Assembly (NCBI GenBank): GCA_943788935.1 | Contig: CALSSE010000007.1 | Coordinates: 227,871 to 291,870 of the forward strand | DNA length: 64,000 nt | DNA from: an uncultured bacterium | GTDB taxonomy: Bacteria > Myxococcota_A > Bradymonadia > UBA7976 > VGTA01 | Direction: 5' to 3' | Part shown: one piece after another, positions 19,621-29,296 of the stretch | How positions within the stretch are numbered: position 1 is the first letter of the stretch | Layout: the number at the start of each line of letters is the position of its first letter | Program-made: the position numbers and the translations under genes | Notes under the pieces: model-generated | The model's database searches: none | The model's input: the letters and a program-made list of their open reading frames with translations, nothing else | Told to the model about the DNA's origin: nothing

Positions 19621-21980
19621 ATCTCATCATTGTCGCCTGACGATTGAGACAAAGGTGAGTTTTGAGGGAGTACTGTGAAGGAAGAGCAGTCTTGGGAGAG
19701 TCGCTCTTCGTGTGGCTGGGATATCAAAGCAACGCAGACGGTCTGCTCTTTAATGGATGAAGACCAAGGGTCAATCCATGCTGAAGTGCTATGCTTATCA
19801 AGGTGACTCAGCGCTTCACCGTTCCAAGTCCACTTTAAAATGACATTGTCGCTCAGAGCTCTCTTCGAGCTTAAGTACTTAATCTGTACTTCTGCTCTTA
19901 ACAGATTATCACTCGCCGAGCGCTGGGGGAGGGGACTGTAGATGGCTCCTGAGGGAGGGGAGATCAGCTTGACGCTGATCTGTGCAGAGGGGGTAGCTTC
20001 TGTGCTCTGTAGTGTAGAAGAGCTTAGATCTTCCTTATCGTCTCCAAAGGGGTCAGCGCTTAGCTCTCTATGGGTCACTTCAGGACTTTGGTGAGTTCTC
20101 TCTTTGTGCATGAGCGCGCTGAGTGTTTTCTTATCCCTCATCGTCAGTTGATGGTCAGCTAGAGGGAGAGCAGGCGCTGAGCGATGAACCTCTCGGATCA
20201 GCTCTCGCCACAGAGGAGCAGCGATACGCCCCCCAGAGAGGGCTGCTCCTCGGTGTGGTTTAACCCACACGCCTACAGAGACCTGCGAACTCACTCCAAC
20301 GGTCCAAGCATTAGTATAACCTTGGCTAGTTCCGGTCTTTACAGCTGTTGGAAAAGGCAGGGCTAGAGCGCTCTCTTCTCCAAATGAAGGAGCACGCAGA
20401 GCGCGATTGCTTAACACTTGTAGAATGGCTTGAGCCGCACGTGGTGACATAAAACGACCAAAGTTAGCTCTTTGAAGGGTCTTTATTCCGTTGTCTCTGC
20501 GCTGATACACTCTCCATGGTTCAGATTTTCCGCCTAGAATAAGTCCTCGATAGGCGTTTACTAGATCTATAAGTCTCACTTCCCCATCTCCAAGGCTGAG
20601 ACCGAGACCATAATGAAGCGCATCTTCGGTGAGAGTATGCAGTCCCGCTAGTCTAAGACGATCTAAGAATCGATCCACTCCTACGTGATTTAGAAGCCAT
20701 ACCGCAGGGATATTTAGACTCATGGCTAGAGCAGACATCAAAGAGACCTCTCCACGGGTCTTATGGTCATAGTTCTTGGGCTTATATTGACCCATAGGAG
20801 TCTTAAAATGGAGTGGAGAGTCAGAAAGCGGGCTATCTAGTTCAAAGCCACTATCGAGCGCCAGTCCATAGAGAAAGGGCTTGAGGGTTGACCCGGGTAG
20901 TCGCTGACCGATGACATGATCAACTTGACCCGCTGAGGGATGATCATAGCCTCGACTGCCTACCCAAAACAACACCTCTCCTGTGCTCGTGGAGAGGCCG
21001 ACAGCAGCGACTTGCTGAAGCCCCATTCGCTCATGAGCATGAGCATATCTAGAGACGATCTCTTCTGCTACTCGCTGTAGATGAGAGTCTATGGTGAGGT
21101 GGTGGTCTGTCTCCTGTGTATGAGCTCCAGGAGGGGTAACATTGATGCGCCGGTACCGTAAGCTCTCTGTTAAGTGTGGGGCTTGAAATGGCGGGGTAGA
21201 TTCTTTGAGGATGATCGGCTCTTCTAGAGCTCGCCGAAAGGTCTCATCACTCAGCTTCCCATGTTGATGTAAGCAAGAGAGCGCTGCTCTCTGACGAGGG
21301 ATCGCTCGAGTGGGGTCCTTAAGCGGCGAGAGCCTTGTTGGCGCGAGGGGAAGGCTGGCTAAGTAAGCCGACTGAGCATGGCTCAATCGATGAGGGGGGA
21401 CGCCAAAATATCGCCAACTCGCTCGCCAAACCCCGATGATCTGTGGTCCAAAGGAGACGTGGTTGAGATAAGTAGCGAGCGTGTGGTTTTTATCGACATT
21501 AGCGTTGAGCCATAGCGCATATCGAGCCTCCTTGAGCTTGTCAAACCACCCTGTGGCTCGACCTCTGAAGAGCTTAATCACTTGTTGGGTGATCCCGCTT
21601 CCACCTGCGACTCGTTTGCCTGATTTTAGATTGAGCCACAACGCTCTCAGTATGCCCGCTAATGGTACACCGTGATGGGTGTAATAGGTTTGGTCCTCAA
21701 GGCATATGACACTATCTATTAAACTATTGGTGACTTGATCGATCGATACAGGAAACGAGTAGGGGTGATCATGATGAGGGATTACCCTTAAGAGTTCACC
21801 GGTTCGATCATAATACCACTGTCCTTCTCCCTTCAAGTCAAGACCCTGTTGTAACCGGTCGCGCCAAGGTGTCTTTAGAGGCTCAAGGGGGAGATGTAGG
21901 TAAGTGTATACACACAGAGCGATGAAGAGAGAAGAGGAGGCGACCTTAGATAAACTCCTGCCTATATGTAGTGAGGTCAA
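19614..21980 (-). CDS. pbpC: Penicillin-binding protein 1C-like bifunctional transglycosylase/transpeptidase
   Basis: A GT51 motif is present (CLEDQTYYTHHGV). The transpeptidase motifs SxxK (GSTLKPFLY) and KTG (VKTGTSQGYTNAW) are present. The C-terminal extension is typical of PbpC. Confidence 0.75.
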   Translation of the reverse strand: MTSLHIGRSLSKVASSSLFIALCVYTYLHLPLEPLKTPWRDRLQQGLDLKGEGQWYYDRTGELLRVIPHHDHPYSFPVSIDQVTNSLIDSVICLEDQTYYTHHGVPLAGILRALWLNLKSGKRVAGGSGITQQVIKLFRGRATGWFDKLKEARYALWLNANVDKNHTLATYLNHVSFGPQIIGVWRASWRYFGVPPHRLSHAQSAYLASLPLAPTRLSPLKDPTRAIPRQRAALSCLHQHGKLSDETFRRALEEPIILKESTPPFQAPHLTESLRYRRINVTPPGAHTQETDHHLTIDSHLQRVAEEIVSRYAHAHERMGLQQVAAVGLSTSTGEVLFWVGSRGYDHPSAGQVDHVIGQRLPGSTLKPFLYGLALDSGFELDSPLSDSPLHFKTPMGQYKPKNYDHKTRGEVSLMSALAMSLNIPAVWLLNHVGVDRFLDRLRLAGLHTLTEDALHYGLGLSLGDGEVRLIDLVNAYRGLILGGKSEPWRVYQRRDNGIKTLQRANFGRFMSPRAAQAILQVLSNRALRAPSFGEESALALPFPTAVKTGTSQGYTNAWTVGVSSQVSVGVWVKPHRGAALSGGRIAAPLWRELIREVHRSAPALPLADHQLTMRDKKTLSALMHKERTHQSPEVTHRELSADPFGDDKEDLSSSTLQSTEATPSAQISVKLISPPSGAIYSPLPQRSASDNLLRAEVQIKYLSSKRALSDNVILKWTWNGEALSHLDKHSTSAWIDPWSSSIKEQTVCVALISQPHEERLSQDCSSFTVLPQNSPLSQSSGDNDEMR

Positions 21981-21984
21981 AGCC

Positions 21985-23208
21985 TTAACTTCGCGGAAGA
22001 ATAGAGAGTTGCTCAGCTCGATCTCTGTGAAGGAGGAAGTCGATCGGTGAGCTCATAGTGGGATTCAAGAGGCGTCTCCAATCTGCTTCTCCTTCGAGCG
22101 GAGACTCATCCTCGAGATGAGACCACTCTTCACGAGATTCAGCGTCTAGCTCATCGAGCTCGTTGTACCACACGGGTAGCAGTTGGATAAATCGTTCACT
22201 GCGGATTAAGGACCCAAAGTGAAGGTAGCTAGGCTGAGCGCTGTAGTTTCCCCAAAACCTTAGATAATTCCCCTTCTTGAATCGAACCGGTTTAGGCTTG
22301 AGAGCGGGAGCGCTCATCTCATGAATAGAGGTCTGCTTGATGAGTGCCTCAGCGCCTCGATTTATAGGTCCTGTAGGGATTGGATTTGACTCAAGAAAGA
22401 CGCCAGGCTGTCTTAAAGTATCATTAAACTGTACTCGAGATGTCGCGCCTCGGTCACCCTTCGGGTCGTGATAGGAGGCAGCGCGCTCGCTTTGAGAGGG
22501 GTGGAATCCACGTGGTGGAGGGGGGAGGTCTTGAACTTCTCTCCCTGAGTTTTCCAATTGGCCTTGGCGATCGAGGTCGATGCGATGATGATCGAGTGAC
22601 TGTATCATGCGACGACGCCCTTTTTTTCCTGAGTGGACAACTTCAGGGGGTCTTTGCGGTACGTTTGACACTTGGGGTGGTTCAGGGTCTTGTTTAACTA
22701 GACGCCCGACCTGAACTTGAGCGCTATAATGGGGAGAACTTGGCGCAGTCGGAACCATGGGGAGGGGTTCAGGAAGTTCACTTTTAGGGAGCGGTCGATC
22801 CGGCTTAGGGTGGGGTGTTCGTGGTTTAAGATCAGCGCGAGCTTCCTCATAGAGTGAGTCTGGACTAGGGGTCGCTCGTTCTAGGATCTGTTCCGGGGAG
22901 TGTGGTTGATGTTGATCATCGCTGTCCTCGGAAGTGGAGAGAGCGGGTAGTGTCTGAGGAAAGAGCGCTGAGGCTCGCTGAGGGATGCTGTTTCCCCAGT
23001 CTCCGCTCAATATGCCTACGTCTTCAACCTCAAGCTCAATCCCCGCTTGAGCGAGGAGGAGGTCATCGCTCTGACCGATGTCACTCTCTGAGTCTTGAAC
23101 GGCGTTTTCCTCTTGATTATCTTCAGATAATTGCTCAGCCTCACTCTGCTCATTATTCGAGAAGAGTCGCACGACTTGACCGAGCAGAGAGAAGAGAGAT
23201 TTAAACAT
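21985..23208 (-). CDS. Hypothetical Pro-rich protein, located immediately upstream of pbpC on the same strand
   Basis: It is a 407-aa ORF with a low-complexity acidic/proline-rich middle. There is a 4-bp gap to pbpC. No domain was recognised. Confidence 0.4.
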   Translation of the reverse strand: MFKSLFSLLGQVVRLFSNNEQSEAEQLSEDNQEENAVQDSESDIGQSDDLLLAQAGIELEVEDVGILSGDWGNSIPQRASALFPQTLPALSTSEDSDDQHQPHSPEQILERATPSPDSLYEEARADLKPRTPHPKPDRPLPKSELPEPLPMVPTAPSSPHYSAQVQVGRLVKQDPEPPQVSNVPQRPPEVVHSGKKGRRRMIQSLDHHRIDLDRQGQLENSGREVQDLPPPPRGFHPSQSERAASYHDPKGDRGATSRVQFNDTLRQPGVFLESNPIPTGPINRGAEALIKQTSIHEMSAPALKPKPVRFKKGNYLRFWGNYSAQPSYLHFGSLIRSERFIQLLPVWYNELDELDAESREEWSHLEDESPLEGEADWRRLLNPTMSSPIDFLLHRDRAEQLSILPRS

Positions 23209-23328
23209 CGAATGAGATCACTCATGATTAGGATTAGAGAAGAACATCGCAGCTTCGTTTAGCACCTAGACTGCCATTCTCTTTGACGACATTCAAAAAA
23301 TTATCGAAATAGACGAGGAGTTCACCTT

Positions 23329-24399
23329 ATGTACTATCGCATGTTAGGCTCAACAGGTCTACAAGCATCTGTCTTGTCCTATGGATTTTGGGCTACTTTT
23401 GGAGTAAAAGACGGACTAAGGGATCGAGCAGGGATCGAGATGGCGAAGCGTTGTCTCATCACAGCCCGTCAAGCCGGTGTGAACCTGTTCGATAACGCAG
23501 AAACATATGGTAACCCTCAAGGCGAAGCAGAGCGACTTATGGGAGAGGCGATCGCTGAGCTGGTAGAAGAGGACCCGGTGTTGTGGAGGAGGAGCGACCT
23601 TATTATCACCACAAAGATCTTTTGGGGAGGATCGGGCGTTAACGAGAAGGGCCTCTCTAGAAAGCATATTCATGAGGGGATGGAGGCTAGTCTAGAGCGC
23701 TTAAGGATGAGTTATGTCGATCTAGTGTTTTGCCATCGTCCTGACCCATTTACTCCAACAGAGACGGTGGTGAGAGCGATGACAGACCTCGTCAGAAATG
23801 GTCACGCTATGTCGTGGGGGACAAGTGAATGGTCCGCTCAGCAGATCACTGAAGCCTATTGGATCGCTCAGAGCAAAGGGCTAGAGCCTCCTCTCTTTGA
23901 GCAACCCCAATATAATATGCTCTCTCGTGATCGCTTTGAAGTTGAATATGCCCCGTTATACCAAGCGCCTTATTCGCTAGGGACAACGATTTGGAGCCCC
24001 CTCGCATCGGGAATATTGACCGGTAAATACAATGACGGTGTCCCCGAAGGGTCGAGGATGACTCAAGGAGGGTATGAGTGGCTCCTCAATCTCTTAGAGA
24101 ACCATAAGGCGAAAGGAACACTTGAGAAAATCAGAGAACTCAGTGAATTTGCTTCAGGAGAGCTGAACTGCTCTATGGGTCAACTCGCCTTGGCGTGGTG
24201 TATCAAAAATCCTAATGTATCGACGGTCCTCTTAGGAGCGACTAAACCATCTCAGCTAGAAGAGAACCTCGCTAGCTTATTGGTAGCTGAGCGCTTAACT
24301 GATGAGCATATGGAGAGAGTCGATCGTATCCTTGGGAATAAACCAGCGCCTTATCAAGGGTGGGGCGGAGCGGGAATGAGGTCGATAGAGACCATCTAA
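23329..24399 (+). CDS. Aldo/keto reductase, Kv-beta-subunit-like family
   Basis: The N-terminus MYYRMLGSTGLQASVLSYGFWATFG parallels the Kv-beta / YajO type. The C-terminal half carries the AKR catalytic tetrad context. Confidence 0.75.
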   Translation: MYYRMLGSTGLQASVLSYGFWATFGVKDGLRDRAGIEMAKRCLITARQAGVNLFDNAETYGNPQGEAERLMGEAIAELVEEDPVLWRRSDLIITTKIFWGGSGVNEKGLSRKHIHEGMEASLERLRMSYVDLVFCHRPDPFTPTETVVRAMTDLVRNGHAMSWGTSEWSAQQITEAYWIAQSKGLEPPLFEQPQYNMLSRDRFEVEYAPLYQAPYSLGTTIWSPLASGILTGKYNDGVPEGSRMTQGGYEWLLNLLENHKAKGTLEKIRELSEFASGELNCSMGQLALAWCIKNPNVSTVLLGATKPSQLEENLASLLVAERLTDEHMERVDRILGNKPAPYQGWGGAGMRSIETI

Positions 24400-24437
24400 G
24401 AGGTGCATGCACCGCTCTTTAAGAGTGATGCGACTCT

Positions 24438-27374
24438 TTAGTTAGGATGACGATCAAGCTCACGCTTAAGATATTGACCGGTGAAACTCTCCGGGGTATT
24501 GGCTACCTCCTCTACGGTTCCCTCTGCGACGATGAATCCACCAGCATCCCCCCCCTCAGGACCGAGATCAATCACCCAATCTGCGGTGCGAATAATATCG
24601 AGGTTATGCTCGATCATAATCACTGTATTACCAGCATCGGTGAGGCGTTGAATCACTTCTAATAATCGGCATATGTCTTCAGAGTGTAGTCCTGTGGAGG
24701 GTTCATCTAAGATGTAAAGAGTCTTTCCTGTTGGTCGCTTCGCCAATTCGCGAGAGAGCTTGATCCTTTGTGCTTCTCCCCCTGAGAGGGTGGTCGAAGG
24801 CTGACCGAGATGTACATACCCTAGCCCAACCGCCTGTAAAGTCTTGAGTATTTTGCTGACCTTAGGGTGTTTGGCGAAGATTTCGGCGGCCTCATCGATA
24901 GAGGTGTTCAACATCTCACTGATATGTTTCCCCTTAAACTGAACGCGGAGGGTCGCTTCGTTAAAGCGTTGCCCTTTGCAGACTTCGCACTCAACATAAA
25001 CATCAGCGAGGAAGTGCATCTCTACAGTGGTAACGCCCGCACCCTTACAAGACTCACAGCGCCCTCCTTTAATATTGAAGCTGAATCGACCCGCTTTAAA
25101 TCCATAAGTTTTAGACTCAGGGAGCATGGCATAGACGGCCCTAATCTCATCCCAAAGTTTGGTGTAAGTCGCAGGGTTGCTTCTAGGCGTTCTACCAATA
25201 GGGCTCTGGTCGATATGCACACACTTATCAAAATAATCAAAGCCGTCTATCCGTTCGCAAGGCACTCGGGTACCTTTTGCCTTATTGAGTCTCTGAGCGG
25301 CGGCAGGATGTAAGATCTGAGTGATCAGGGTGCTCTTTCCTGCTCCACTTACCCCAGTGACACAGGTGAATAGACCCACCGGGAATGAGACTGTGGTATT
25401 TTGGAGGTTGTTAGCGTTGGCCCGTACAACAGTCAAACGCCGCTCATCTCTGGTTCGTTTCTCGGGGATGGGGATTGACCTCCTCCCTGATAAATAAGCA
25501 CCGGTTAAACTCGTGGGATGCTCAGCGACCACTTGTGGTGGACCGCTGACGACGACTTCCCCGCCATGAATACCTGCTCTCGGTCCAAAGTCGACGATCC
25601 AATCACAGACTTGCATAAGCTCAGGGTCATGTTCCACGACGAGAACGCTGTTCCCTATATCTCTTAAATGGCATAAGGTCTCGATGAGTCGCGCGTTATC
25701 TCGAGCGTGGAGACCTATAGAGGGCTCATCTAAGATATACAGAACTCCGGTGAGCTCACTGCCGATTTGACTCGCTAAGCGAATACGCTGACTCTCTCCC
25801 CCGCTCAAGGTAGGACCGGGGCGATTTAAACTCAGGTAGGTTAAGCCAACGTTGATTAAGAATTTGAGGCGATGCTTTATCTCTTTCAAAAGTTCGGCAG
25901 CGATCGCTTCTTGACGAGGAGTGAGAGTGAGCTGGTTGAGGTGATCATAGGCTTCGTTAATGCTCCATGTATTAAGCTCAGGGATCGACACCCCACCCAC
26001 AAAAACAGATCGAGATTCCGCCCTCAGCCGCATCCCTCCACAAGAGCGACAGGGTCGATCGGAGAGATATTCACCATAGTTCTCTCGCGCTGACTCTGAC
26101 TCGGTGTCTCGCCATCGGCGGAGCATTAAGGGGAGCACCCCCTCCCAGACCGTCTTCATGGTGTGGCTTTTACCATGTCTAGACCTTAACTTAAGGATTA
26201 CCGTCTCTGGGTCTCCATTGAGGATGATCTCTCGATGTGGCTCGGAGAGCTCCTCGAAGGGGGCTTGACCAGAGATTTTATGACGCTTCATAATCTCTGC
26301 CATCACCTTCAAGGCCCACTTGATTGAGTGGTTTCCTCTCGGTTGGCGCCAGGGCTTTACCGCCCCGTTAGAGAGGCTGAGGCTCGGCTCGGGGATCAGT
26401 TTTTTAGCATCCATCTCAAAGGCGGTTCCAAGCCCGTTACAGTCTGGACACATACCTAGTGGACTGTTGAAGCTGAATGATTGCGGACTGAGCTCTGGGT
26501 AGCTGATACGACATGCTAAACAAGTATTGCTCTCGCTGAAGAGTTTATCGTCGGTGAGGAGGGAGTCTCCTTCTTTTTTGGTGATAACCGCTAAGGTGAG
26601 CTTCCCCTTACCCCACTTGAGCGCAGCCTCCACTGAATCGGCGACTCGCGCCTCCATATCGGGTTTAGCGACGAGCCTATCGATCACAACCTCTACTTGG
26701 TTACGCTTTTTCCCGTTGAGAGAGAGCTCTTCAGTCAATTCCACTACCTCATCATTGACTCTTAATCGCATGAAGCCTGCGACTCGCAGAGATTGAAGTA
26801 GCTCAGCGTTTGCCCCTTTTCGATTCTCTATCACCGGCGCAAGAATCATAAACTTGCTCTTTAGAGGGAGGTGGCAGATGGTGTTAACGATCTCTTGAGA
26901 AGACTGAGCTTCCACGACGTCACCACACTTATGGCAGCGTTGCTCCCCTGCCCTCGCGTACAAGACTCTTAAATAGTCATAGATTTCAGTGATAGTACCA
27001 ACAGTAGATCTTGGGTTCTTACTCGTTGTCTTTTGCTCGATGCTAATCGTTGGTGAAAGCCCCTTGATACTCTCATATTTGGGTTTGTCCATTTGACCCA
27101 AGAACTGACGCGCATAGGCGGAGAGACTCTCAACATAGCGTCTTTGACCTTCAGCGAAGAGCGTATCAAAGGCCATTGATGACTTTCCACTCCCTGAGAC
27201 CCCCGTAAATGTGACTAGGCTTCGTTTGGGGATCTCGAGGTCAACTGATTTAAGATTATGTTCTCCTGCTCCTCTCACCCTTATCCATGCGTCTTCCGCA
27301 AGAGTTGATCGCTCATTACGATGTTTTGGACTCGAAACCTGTTCATCCTTAAGCGCTCTTTTACTCATGTTCAC
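24438..27374 (-). CDS. uvrA: Excinuclease ABC subunit A
   Basis: The 978-aa protein has two ABC ATPase modules (GVSGSGKSS, GVSGAGKSTL, LSGGE..., LYILDEPS). Zn-finger Cys clusters are present (CHKCGD, CPDCNGLG, CESCKGAG...CEVCKG). Confidence 0.95.
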   Translation of the reverse strand: MNMSKRALKDEQVSSPKHRNERSTLAEDAWIRVRGAGEHNLKSVDLEIPKRSLVTFTGVSGSGKSSMAFDTLFAEGQRRYVESLSAYARQFLGQMDKPKYESIKGLSPTISIEQKTTSKNPRSTVGTITEIYDYLRVLYARAGEQRCHKCGDVVEAQSSQEIVNTICHLPLKSKFMILAPVIENRKGANAELLQSLRVAGFMRLRVNDEVVELTEELSLNGKKRNQVEVVIDRLVAKPDMEARVADSVEAALKWGKGKLTLAVITKKEGDSLLTDDKLFSESNTCLACRISYPELSPQSFSFNSPLGMCPDCNGLGTAFEMDAKKLIPEPSLSLSNGAVKPWRQPRGNHSIKWALKVMAEIMKRHKISGQAPFEELSEPHREIILNGDPETVILKLRSRHGKSHTMKTVWEGVLPLMLRRWRDTESESARENYGEYLSDRPCRSCGGMRLRAESRSVFVGGVSIPELNTWSINEAYDHLNQLTLTPRQEAIAAELLKEIKHRLKFLINVGLTYLSLNRPGPTLSGGESQRIRLASQIGSELTGVLYILDEPSIGLHARDNARLIETLCHLRDIGNSVLVVEHDPELMQVCDWIVDFGPRAGIHGGEVVVSGPPQVVAEHPTSLTGAYLSGRRSIPIPEKRTRDERRLTVVRANANNLQNTTVSFPVGLFTCVTGVSGAGKSTLITQILHPAAAQRLNKAKGTRVPCERIDGFDYFDKCVHIDQSPIGRTPRSNPATYTKLWDEIRAVYAMLPESKTYGFKAGRFSFNIKGGRCESCKGAGVTTVEMHFLADVYVECEVCKGQRFNEATLRVQFKGKHISEMLNTSIDEAAEIFAKHPKVSKILKTLQAVGLGYVHLGQPSTTLSGGEAQRIKLSRELAKRPTGKTLYILDEPSTGLHSEDICRLLEVIQRLTDAGNTVIMIEHNLDIIRTADWVIDLGPEGGDAGGFIVAEGTVEEVANTPESFTGQYLKRELDRHPN

Positions 27375-27546
27375 CTTTACCTCTATAATTTATCAACAGT
27401 GATATACAAATGAGCAGATGATGGAGGCAAGCGGTAAGCTTCCAGAAGTTGTCTCTACATCTAGAAAAGATTGTATTCAAAACAAAATGACTTTAGCTTT
27501 ATCTAGTATTGTTTTTTTCAACTCAACCTCTTTCAAGGAGTGAATC

Positions 27547-29055
27547 ATGGGGTTATATGTCAACACTAACGCGAGCGCTATTAACGCTCAACGTCAGTTA
27601 AATACAACGAGTAACGCTCTCGGTCGATCTTTCGAGCGGCTCTCAACAGGCTTAAGAATCAATGGCGCTAGGGACGACGCCGCTGGCCTAAGCATCGCGA
27701 CTCGACTTAGCGCTCAAGTGAACGGTCTCAATCAAGCGGTACGCAACAGCAATGATGGTATCTCATTGGCACAGACCGCCGAGGGAGCGCTCAATGAGAC
27801 TACAAATGTCCTACAGCGTATAAGAGAATTAGCTGTTCAATCAGCAAATGACACCAATAACGACAGTGACCGGGCTTCATTGCAAGCTGAGGTCGGTCAA
27901 TTGCTGAGTGAGATCGATCGTATCGCTGAGACCACCACCTTTAATAATATTAAGGTCCTCGATGGGACTCTGTTATATCGAGATCTGCAGCTAGGTGCTA
28001 AAGTTGGCGAGACAATGAGCGTCAGCATTAGCGGAGCGGCGACGAGTGATCTCGCACGACAAGCAAGGTACGAAGGGGGCACTTTCGTGAGCGCTGCCTC
28101 TTTCACTGGAGCCAACTTTGAGTTGACAAGCGTCGACGGCTCTACGTTTCATGATGTGAGGGCGACGAATTCTGCCGACGATCAATTGTCTACCTTCGGC
28201 AATGACTACTCAGCGATCGCCAAAGCAGAGGCGATCAACGTTATTTCGGCGACCACTGGTGTTCGCGCCATTGTAGGCCCTACAGAAGTCGCTGCTACTG
28301 TAGCTGTTGCATTAGGCGGTGATATCACCTTCAACGCGTCGACATTTTTCGTGGTCAATGATGTCAAGTTCAGCGGTTTCACAGCCACTAGTAATGACGC
28401 TGATGGTACTCTGGTTGACGCGATCAATGCAGAGAGCTCATCGACAGGGGTAGTCGCTTCACTTACTGAGAGAGGCGCTCTCAAGTTAACCGCTGCTGAT
28501 GGTCGTAACATCCATATGGAATTCTCGAGCGATGCTCTCGCAGATCAAATGGGTAACATGGATGGGTTCACCACTGAGGCCGCTGCGACTGCAGCAGGTA
28601 CAGCAAATACTCTAGCGCACTTTGTCGCGACGGGCAAACTCACCCTACAAGCTGAACAATCCTTTGAGATCAGAGTTGCAGGAGCATCCACCTTGGTTGG
28701 TTTCCAAAGCACAGGGGTTGGAGTGTATGGTGTCAACAGCGCCTACAGTATGTCTTCAGTGGATATTAGTGATCGAGAGGGGGCGGTAGAAGGACTAGAT
28801 GTCATTGACCTCGCCCTCGAGCATGTCTCTTCGCAACGCGCCAAGCTCGGCGCTCTTCAGAATCGCTTGGAGAGCACGATTAATAATCTCAGCACTACCT
28901 CCGAGAATCTCGTCGCCTCGCGAGGTCGTATTCAAGACGCTGACTTCGCAGCAGAGACCGCGCAGCTGTCACGGAATCAAATCATCCAACAGGCAGGTGT
29001 CTCTATCCTCGCTCAGGCTAACCAGCAGCCACAAATCGCGCTTACGCTTCTCTGA
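27547..29055 (+). CDS. fliC: Flagellin (copy 1, intact, 502 aa)
   Basis: Conserved flagellin D0/D1 termini are present: MGLYVNTNASAINAQRQLN...GLRINGARDDAAG... and ...[29 protein letters not shown]. It has its own RBS and is followed by a strong terminator. Confidence 0.95.
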   Translation: MGLYVNTNASAINAQRQLNTTSNALGRSFERLSTGLRINGARDDAAGLSIATRLSAQVNGLNQAVRNSNDGISLAQTAEGALNETTNVLQRIRELAVQSANDTNNDSDRASLQAEVGQLLSEIDRIAETTTFNNIKVLDGTLLYRDLQLGAKVGETMSVSISGAATSDLARQARYEGGTFVSAASFTGANFELTSVDGSTFHDVRATNSADDQLSTFGNDYSAIAKAEAINVISATTGVRAIVGPTEVAATVAVALGGDITFNASTFFVVNDVKFSGFTATSNDADGTLVDAINAESSSTGVVASLTERGALKLTAADGRNIHMEFSSDALADQMGNMDGFTTEAAATAAGTANTLAHFVATGKLTLQAEQSFEIRVAGASTLVGFQSTGVGVYGVNSAYSMSSVDISDREGAVEGLDVIDLALEHVSSQRAKLGALQNRLESTINNLSTTSENLVASRGRIQDADFAAETAQLSRNQIIQQAGVSILAQANQQPQIALTLL

Positions 29056-29125
29056 TCATTGTTGGATCAGCTCAGTCAGTAACAATATTTGACTGAACTG
29101 CTTGAGATAATGAGGGTAATGAAAA

Positions 29126-29158
29126 GCCCACTTGACATCGTCAAGTGGGCTTTTTTTT
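29126..29158 (+). terminator. Rho-independent terminator after flagellin copy 1
   Basis: The hairpin GCCCACTTGAC-atcg-GTCAAGTGGGC is followed by T8. Confidence 0.8.
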
Positions 29159-29204
29159 GAGAACTACCCTGGCTGTTTCAATGAGTTAATATTGGTAATA
29201 ATAA

Positions 29205-29240
29205 TAAAAAAATTGAAATCTCAGTCAATGTGTCCGATTA
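29205..29240 (+). promoter_or_regulatory. Sigma-28 (FliA)-like class III promoter of flagellin copy 2
   Basis: The pattern AAATTGAA-N15-TCCGATTA matches TAAA-N15-GCCGATAA. Equivalent elements sit at 30885-30920, 32568-32604 and 34388-34425, upstream of copies 3-5. Confidence 0.5.
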
Positions 29241-29247
29241 TGGTCGG

Positions 29248-29259
29248 GCCATCGATGGC
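29248..29259. promoter_or_regulatory. Perfect 12-bp palindrome GCCATCGATGGC between the promoter and RBS of flagellin copy 2
   Basis: It is conserved exactly at 30925-30936, 32609-32620 and 34429-34440, upstream of copies 3-5. It is absent upstream of copy 1. Confidence 0.6.
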
Positions 29260-29296
29260 ATTGTTTTAAGTCCCATACATATTCAAGGAGTGAATC

